Assembly (NCBI GenBank): GCA_963695345.1
Contig: OY968769.1
Coordinates: 1,216,001-1,280,000 of the forward strand
Direction: 5' to 3'
Source of the DNA: an uncultured Methanomassiliicoccales archaeon
GTDB taxonomy: Archaea > Thermoplasmatota > Thermoplasmata > Methanomassiliicoccales > UBA472
DNA: 64,000 nucleotides
Shown: in pieces, positions 61,921-64,000 of the stretch
Numbering within the stretch: the first letter of the stretch is position 1
Layout: each line of letters begins with the position of its first letter
The notes under the pieces: generated by a model
What the model was told of the DNA's origin: nothing
Databases searched by the model: none
The model's input: the letters and a program-made list of their open reading frames with translations, nothing else
Position numbers and translations under genes: made by a program

Positions 61921-62562
61921 TCACTGGCATCCCGGTCCGATGCGCTCGTAGGTGAGAAGAACGCCTTCACCCAGCCTTTCCACCGATCGCAGTTCGAGAT
62001 GGACCTTATCCCCTTCCGTGAATCCCTCTCCGTCGACCGGGCTGGGTGCGGTCCTTCCACCGAGGATGTCATTGCCGATGTATACCGAATAGACATCGAC
62101 CACATCCAACCGGAAAAAGGACCAGATGGTCTCGCCGCCCCCCTCTACCATAAGGGTACTAACGCCCATATCATGCAACATGGGAAGCAGCATGTTCAGG
62201 TCCACCCTCTCTTTGCCTGCCCGCAGGACCTGGGCGTTATCCCAGTTCTTGGTGCATCCCTCGTTCGTGACGATCAGGGTTCGGCTGCCTCCATTCAGAA
62301 CCTTCGCACCCTCTGGCGTCCTTCCGTGAGAATCAAGAACTATCCGGAGGGGGTTCTTCTCCGGCGGAAGTCCCTTGACCGTCAGGTGGGGATCGTCCGC
62401 CAGTATGGTCCCTATACCTACCAGTATGGCATCGACCGAGGCCCTTAACGACCTTACCCGATCCATGTCCTGGGGTGAGGATATCCTGAGCTGCCTATGT
62501 TCCCTGGTGGCGATTTTGCCATCCGGGGACATGGCGCAATTCACAGTGATTCTGGGCCTCAT
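61921..62562 (-). CDS. arfC: 2,5-diamino-6-ribosylamino-4(3H)-pyrimidinone 5'-phosphate reductase (RibD C-terminal/ArfC)
   Basis: AMSPDGKIA, LRASVDAILVG..T.LADDP.L, VEGGG. Confidence 0.88.
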   Translation of the reverse strand: MRPRITVNCAMSPDGKIATREHRQLRISSPQDMDRVRSLRASVDAILVGIGTILADDPHLTVKGLPPEKNPLRIVLDSHGRTPEGAKVLNGGSRTLIVTNEGCTKNWDNAQVLRAGKERVDLNMLLPMLHDMGVSTLMVEGGGETIWSFFRLDVVDVYSVYIGNDILGGRTAPSPVDGEGFTEGDKVHLELRSVERLGEGVLLTYERIGPGCQ

Positions 62563-62649
62563 CGCCAGAAAATCGTTACCGAGGCATTTAAGCTTGTGGT
62601 CACGGCAATGGCCAGTGCAGATAGTGCGACGACTTGCTTCCGGCCCATG

Positions 62650-62847
62650 TCAATAGCTTAATACCAGCCGGCGGCATTCAGCGCATCGGAAGCCCGCCAT
62701 CTTGACATATCCCAGCCAATCGGGGTTGGCAATGATATGTTTATTTGCCCTCCGGTAAGGCTGACCGATCCATTTAGCCCCTCCGAAGAAGCTATCCGTC
62801 CTCACCATACCAGGTTCCATCTCCTTTCCGCAAATGGGACATATCAT
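62650..62847 (-). CDS. Small zinc-ribbon protein (DUF6487-like)
   Basis: CPICGKEMEPG...FRCAECRR. Confidence 0.75.
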   Translation of the reverse strand: MICPICGKEMEPGMVRTDSFFGGAKWIGQPYRRANKHIIANPDWLGYVKMAGFRCAECRRLVLSY

Positions 62848-62963
62848 TCCCCTCACTTCCCATCAACAAAGTGACCTTCAACTCGATATTCTTTTCTCTG
62901 ACTGTTGCGCAGTGAACCGGTCGGTGCCAAAAGAAAAATAACCCCTTCGGCGTTATTCGCCCG

Positions 62964-63758
62964 ATGAATGATTTCGACGTAGTCGAGCTGAGGAGGAACA
63001 ACTGCAAGGGAGCATACGTCATAGAAGGCTTCTCCAGCATCGGGCTCGTCGGTTCGATCACCGCCAATTACCTTGTGACCCTTCTTGATCTGGAACAGAT
63101 CGCCATAATCGATTCCCCTTTCCTCCCATCGGTCTCCATAGTCCGGGAGGGCATACCCTATAGCCCGGTCCGCATCTATTCCGGTCCCATCGGTCAGGGA
63201 AGTCAAGATAAGATAGTGGTCATCGTCTCTGAGTTCGAACCTCCGCAGGACATACTGAAGCCCCTGGCCCAGACCATCATGGACTGGGTTGAGGACAAGC
63301 GCTGCAAGATGGTCCTCTCCCCTGAGGGCCTGGCCAACAAGGCTGGGGAGACCAGCGTGGAATTGCCCGAGGTAGAGATTAAAAAGAAGGAAGGTGACGA
63401 TGTCACGGTATACGGCGTGGGGTCGACGCCTTTTGCCCGGGAATTGCTTCTTCGCAACGACATACCGATCTTCGAGAACGGTGTCGTCGTCGGGCTCGCC
63501 GGCGTCCTGCTGAACGAGGGTGTGAACCGAAACTTCGATGTCGTGTCGATCCTATCGGAGGCCCATTCCGACTATCCAGACGCCAGAGCCGCGGCTGCGG
63601 CTACGCACACCATCGACAAGCTGATCCTGCATAGCGGTCTGGACACCCAACCCCTGCTCGAGGAGGCGGCGGTGCTGGAGCAGGCGCTGAAGGAGATCAA
63701 CAAGAAGACCGGGGAGTCGGAAGAGCTGGCCAAGAAGCGTTCCATCATGTACGGTTAG
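62964..63758 (+). CDS. PAC2-family proteasome assembly chaperone
   Basis: EGFSSIGLVGSI, PVRIY, YPDARAAA, C-terminal HbYX motif MYG. Confidence 0.9.
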   Translation: MNDFDVVELRRNNCKGAYVIEGFSSIGLVGSITANYLVTLLDLEQIAIIDSPFLPSVSIVREGIPYSPVRIYSGPIGQGSQDKIVVIVSEFEPPQDILKPLAQTIMDWVEDKRCKMVLSPEGLANKAGETSVELPEVEIKKKEGDDVTVYGVGSTPFARELLLRNDIPIFENGVVVGLAGVLLNEGVNRNFDVVSILSEAHSDYPDARAAAAATHTIDKLILHSGLDTQPLLEEAAVLEQALKEINKKTGESEELAKKRSIMYG

Positions 63759-64000
63759 GCCTGACCGACACCCGATGCAGGTTCCCTTCAAGCGTGGCCT
63801 CGATATCCGCATCCAGGAACTTCTTGATTATCTCAACCTGCGTCCAGAAATGCAGGGAGAGCTCGTCCGCCAAGAATGTGGAAGGCCCGGCGGCCAACGA
63901 AAGGTACGGAACGATCTGATCGGCGGCATGACGGTCCAGGGTCGCGCCAGAATCGATCTCGCGCAGGAGGGAGGTCGCGGCAAGCTCCCCTAGCTTTTCC
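63745..64000 (-). CDS. rtcA: RNA 3'-terminal phosphate cyclase, C-terminal part (truncated by the window edge)
   Basis: Manual translation EKLGELAATSLLREIDSGATLDRHAADQIVPYLSLA... contains the DxHxADQ motif. Confidence 0.8.
   Translation of the reverse strand, partial: EKLGELAATSLLREIDSGATLDRHAADQIVPYLSLAAGPSTFLADELSLHFWTQVEIIKKFLDADIEATLEGNLHRVSVRPNRT

Overview
Core-genome window of an archaeon. The gene set and order point to Thermoplasmatota, most likely a Methanomassiliicoccales methanogen (inferred; no methanogenesis or pyl genes lie in the window). It contains a Cdc6/Orc1-linked replication origin with ORB elements, the complete A1Ao ATP synthase operon, DP1, PriS, the rpl18a-pfdA-ftsY cluster, an HSR1-like regulator/Cdc48/Hsp20 heat-shock operon, TiaS, EndA, TFB/Gar1, CoA/SAH/purine genes, and a ~1430-aa pilin-headed FG-GAP surface protein beside a geranylgeranyl-reductase-like gene and an extended UbiA prenyltransferase. 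Eight genes are split by about 15 small insertions that look like consensus errors. Best leads: an in-frame amber codon in phosphopantothenate synthetase (candidate pyrrolysine), an AT-rich hflX enclosed by inverted ORBs, a multibranch structured RNA candidate at 20355-20487, the giant pilin/GGR/UbiA locus, AAC-N5-GTT heat-shock operators, and small ORFs missed by the ORF track. No tRNA, rRNA, CRISPR array or transposase was recognised. All protein calls are from motif recognition, without database searches.
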